DNA of 64,000 nt, taken from Lama glama (taxonomy: Eukaryota). The stretch spans positions 66,900,001 to 66,964,000 of the forward strand of contig CM052817.1 of the NCBI GenBank assembly GCA_028534125.1, given 5' to 3'. Shown here in pieces: positions 62,291 to 64,000 of the stretch. A program made the translations under genes and the position numbers. Within the stretch, counting starts at the first letter, position 1. Each line of letters starts with the position of its first letter. The notes below the pieces were generated by a model that made no database searches, was not told where the DNA came from, and was given only the letters and a program-made list of their open reading frames with translations.

Positions 62291-64000
62291 CAGAAATCTG
62301 TGTTCACCATTCTAATCCATTGATCCCCTTTGTATTTCTGTGTCAAAACCACATACATATGTTTATAATAACCTAGTAGTTACTTCACTGCTCTATTATT
62401 CTTAATTGTCTAAATTAGCTGTTCCTGAACATTTTTTTCAAACTAACTGTAGAATTCATTTTCAGGTTCCATGAGGAATCCTTTGAGGTTTTGTTTGAAA
62501 TTGCACTTAGAGGAAATAATCCACTTATAATATCAAATTTTCCCATAGAGAAACACAAGAAATCTCTGCATTTATTTGTGATTTCTTTTATATCTCTAAA
62601 TAAAACTTCATAGTTTTGTTTTGCGGGGGCTGTTGTTTGATCTTAACATTTTCAGTAAGTTTATTACTTGCATTTCTGTAATTTCATTTTTGTGAATTCA
62701 TAAAGGCAAGAGGAAAACTTTCTTTGTTAGTTGACTAGCTTGAATTAGAAAGCCTATTACATTTCTTCGGAAAATTGGAATAAAAATATTCACCTTCCCA
62801 GGATTATTTAATGATTAAGTGAGATAATATATGAAAACACTTTCCCTACCTGAAGGGTTAGGTAAGTATAAGGTGATATTACTGTGAGTATTTGAAGGAC
62901 CAGGGCTAGGCCTTGGGTGTATGGAAATAATATGTATTGTATATTAATATATACAGTATGTAGCGTTTTAATTTTGATTGAACTTCTCTGCATTTGAACA
63001 GGTCCTATTTCTTAATGATTTCTCTCTTTATTTCCCATATTAAAGATAATAAGTAGGAGTCTAAAGATTCTAAATATCATGTTGACCTTAGAAATAAATA
63101 ATAAGTGTTAATTTATACTATTTGTTTGTCAGAAAAGTCAATTTTATCAATTAGGAATATGGCTTGAACTAACTGAAAGACACAAATGATGGATCCTGTT
63201 ATGTTTTTCTCACATGAGAGAAATTTAAATGTGGGCACTTGCTAATGCTGACCTCTCCACTAGATAATTCCGTAAGGAGACCTAGATCATCTCCATCTTT
63301 ATGCTCTGCCATTCTTGTACGATGATGTCTATTCAGTACCAAGGTGAATGCTACACCTATAGACTTCATGTTCTCATTCAAGGCAAAAATATGCCACCCC
63401 CAAAATATAAATCAAGCAATAATTCAAGTGGCATCTGTATACTTTTATCAGAAAAGTAATAGCCTTCTCACTGGAATCTTTCTTTGTGCAAAGCTATGTT
63501 ATATGTACAACTCTAGGTTTGAAAGAAGACTGAGAAATGAAGTTTAGCTTTGCTAGTCTTGTGATAGAGACAGGCTAGGGTGAAGAGGTTTAAAGGGTTT
63601 CATAATGTGTTTTGGATCAACCACTATACATTTCCAACCAAATAAATCTGAGAAGAAATGAGCTGAAAAATCAAGATGTTCATTGACTTATGATTTATTG
63701 TTACAAATGATATTTATTTTGATTATTTTAAATGTACCCTTGTTCTCAGTAGGTCAAATTACTACACACAGAGAGCTTTATGAGATTTTTCAAAGAATCC
63801 CAGATAAATAAAACTTTTTTTAAATGTAGAAGCAACATGGGCCATCATGAATCACTTATTAGTACACAATTTCTATAATTTCTTCTTCTCTTAGGCATGA
63901 CTCATCATTGAAGCTGGGAAATATTTTTATCTGTTAAGAGTAAACTGAATTATGCAAAGGACGGAAATAAAAAGCACACACATAAATAGGTTTTAATGGA

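Noticed and set aside
994..63547. Remaining short ORFs in the track
   Set aside because: Lengths are consistent with chance, many have non-ATG starts or overlap repeats and microsatellites, and none shows a recognisable protein motif apart from L1 remnants.

Overview
This is an AT-rich, repeat-dense mammalian window. Its only supportable gene is the first coding exon of TACR3 (neurokinin-B/NK3 receptor) on the minus strand (CDS 18830->18283, phase-2 GT donor inside the DRY Arg codon), set in a CpG island with a TATA-like box and two CRE half-sites. Positions 1-18282 are intron 1 and positions above about 19200 are upstream intergenic DNA. The rest is transposon debris: L1 of several ages, L2, MIR, CR1/L3, MaLR/ERV solo LTRs, Tigger/hAT/mariner MITEs and one tRNA-derived SINE. 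That SINE resembles the camelid Vic-1 family, so the source is probably a camel, llama or alpaca (inference). I found no evidence for a new multi-gene system. The best second-look items are a perfect estrogen response element about 20 kb upstream, a DR4 element in intron 1, a tailless retroposed tRNA-Cys 5' half with an 18-bp TSD, a twin-primed 5'-inverted L1 about 1.1 kb upstream of the promoter, and an old/young L1 chimera inside one TSD. Repeat family names come from my recollection of consensus sequences, not from a database search, and boundaries of old repeats are approximate.
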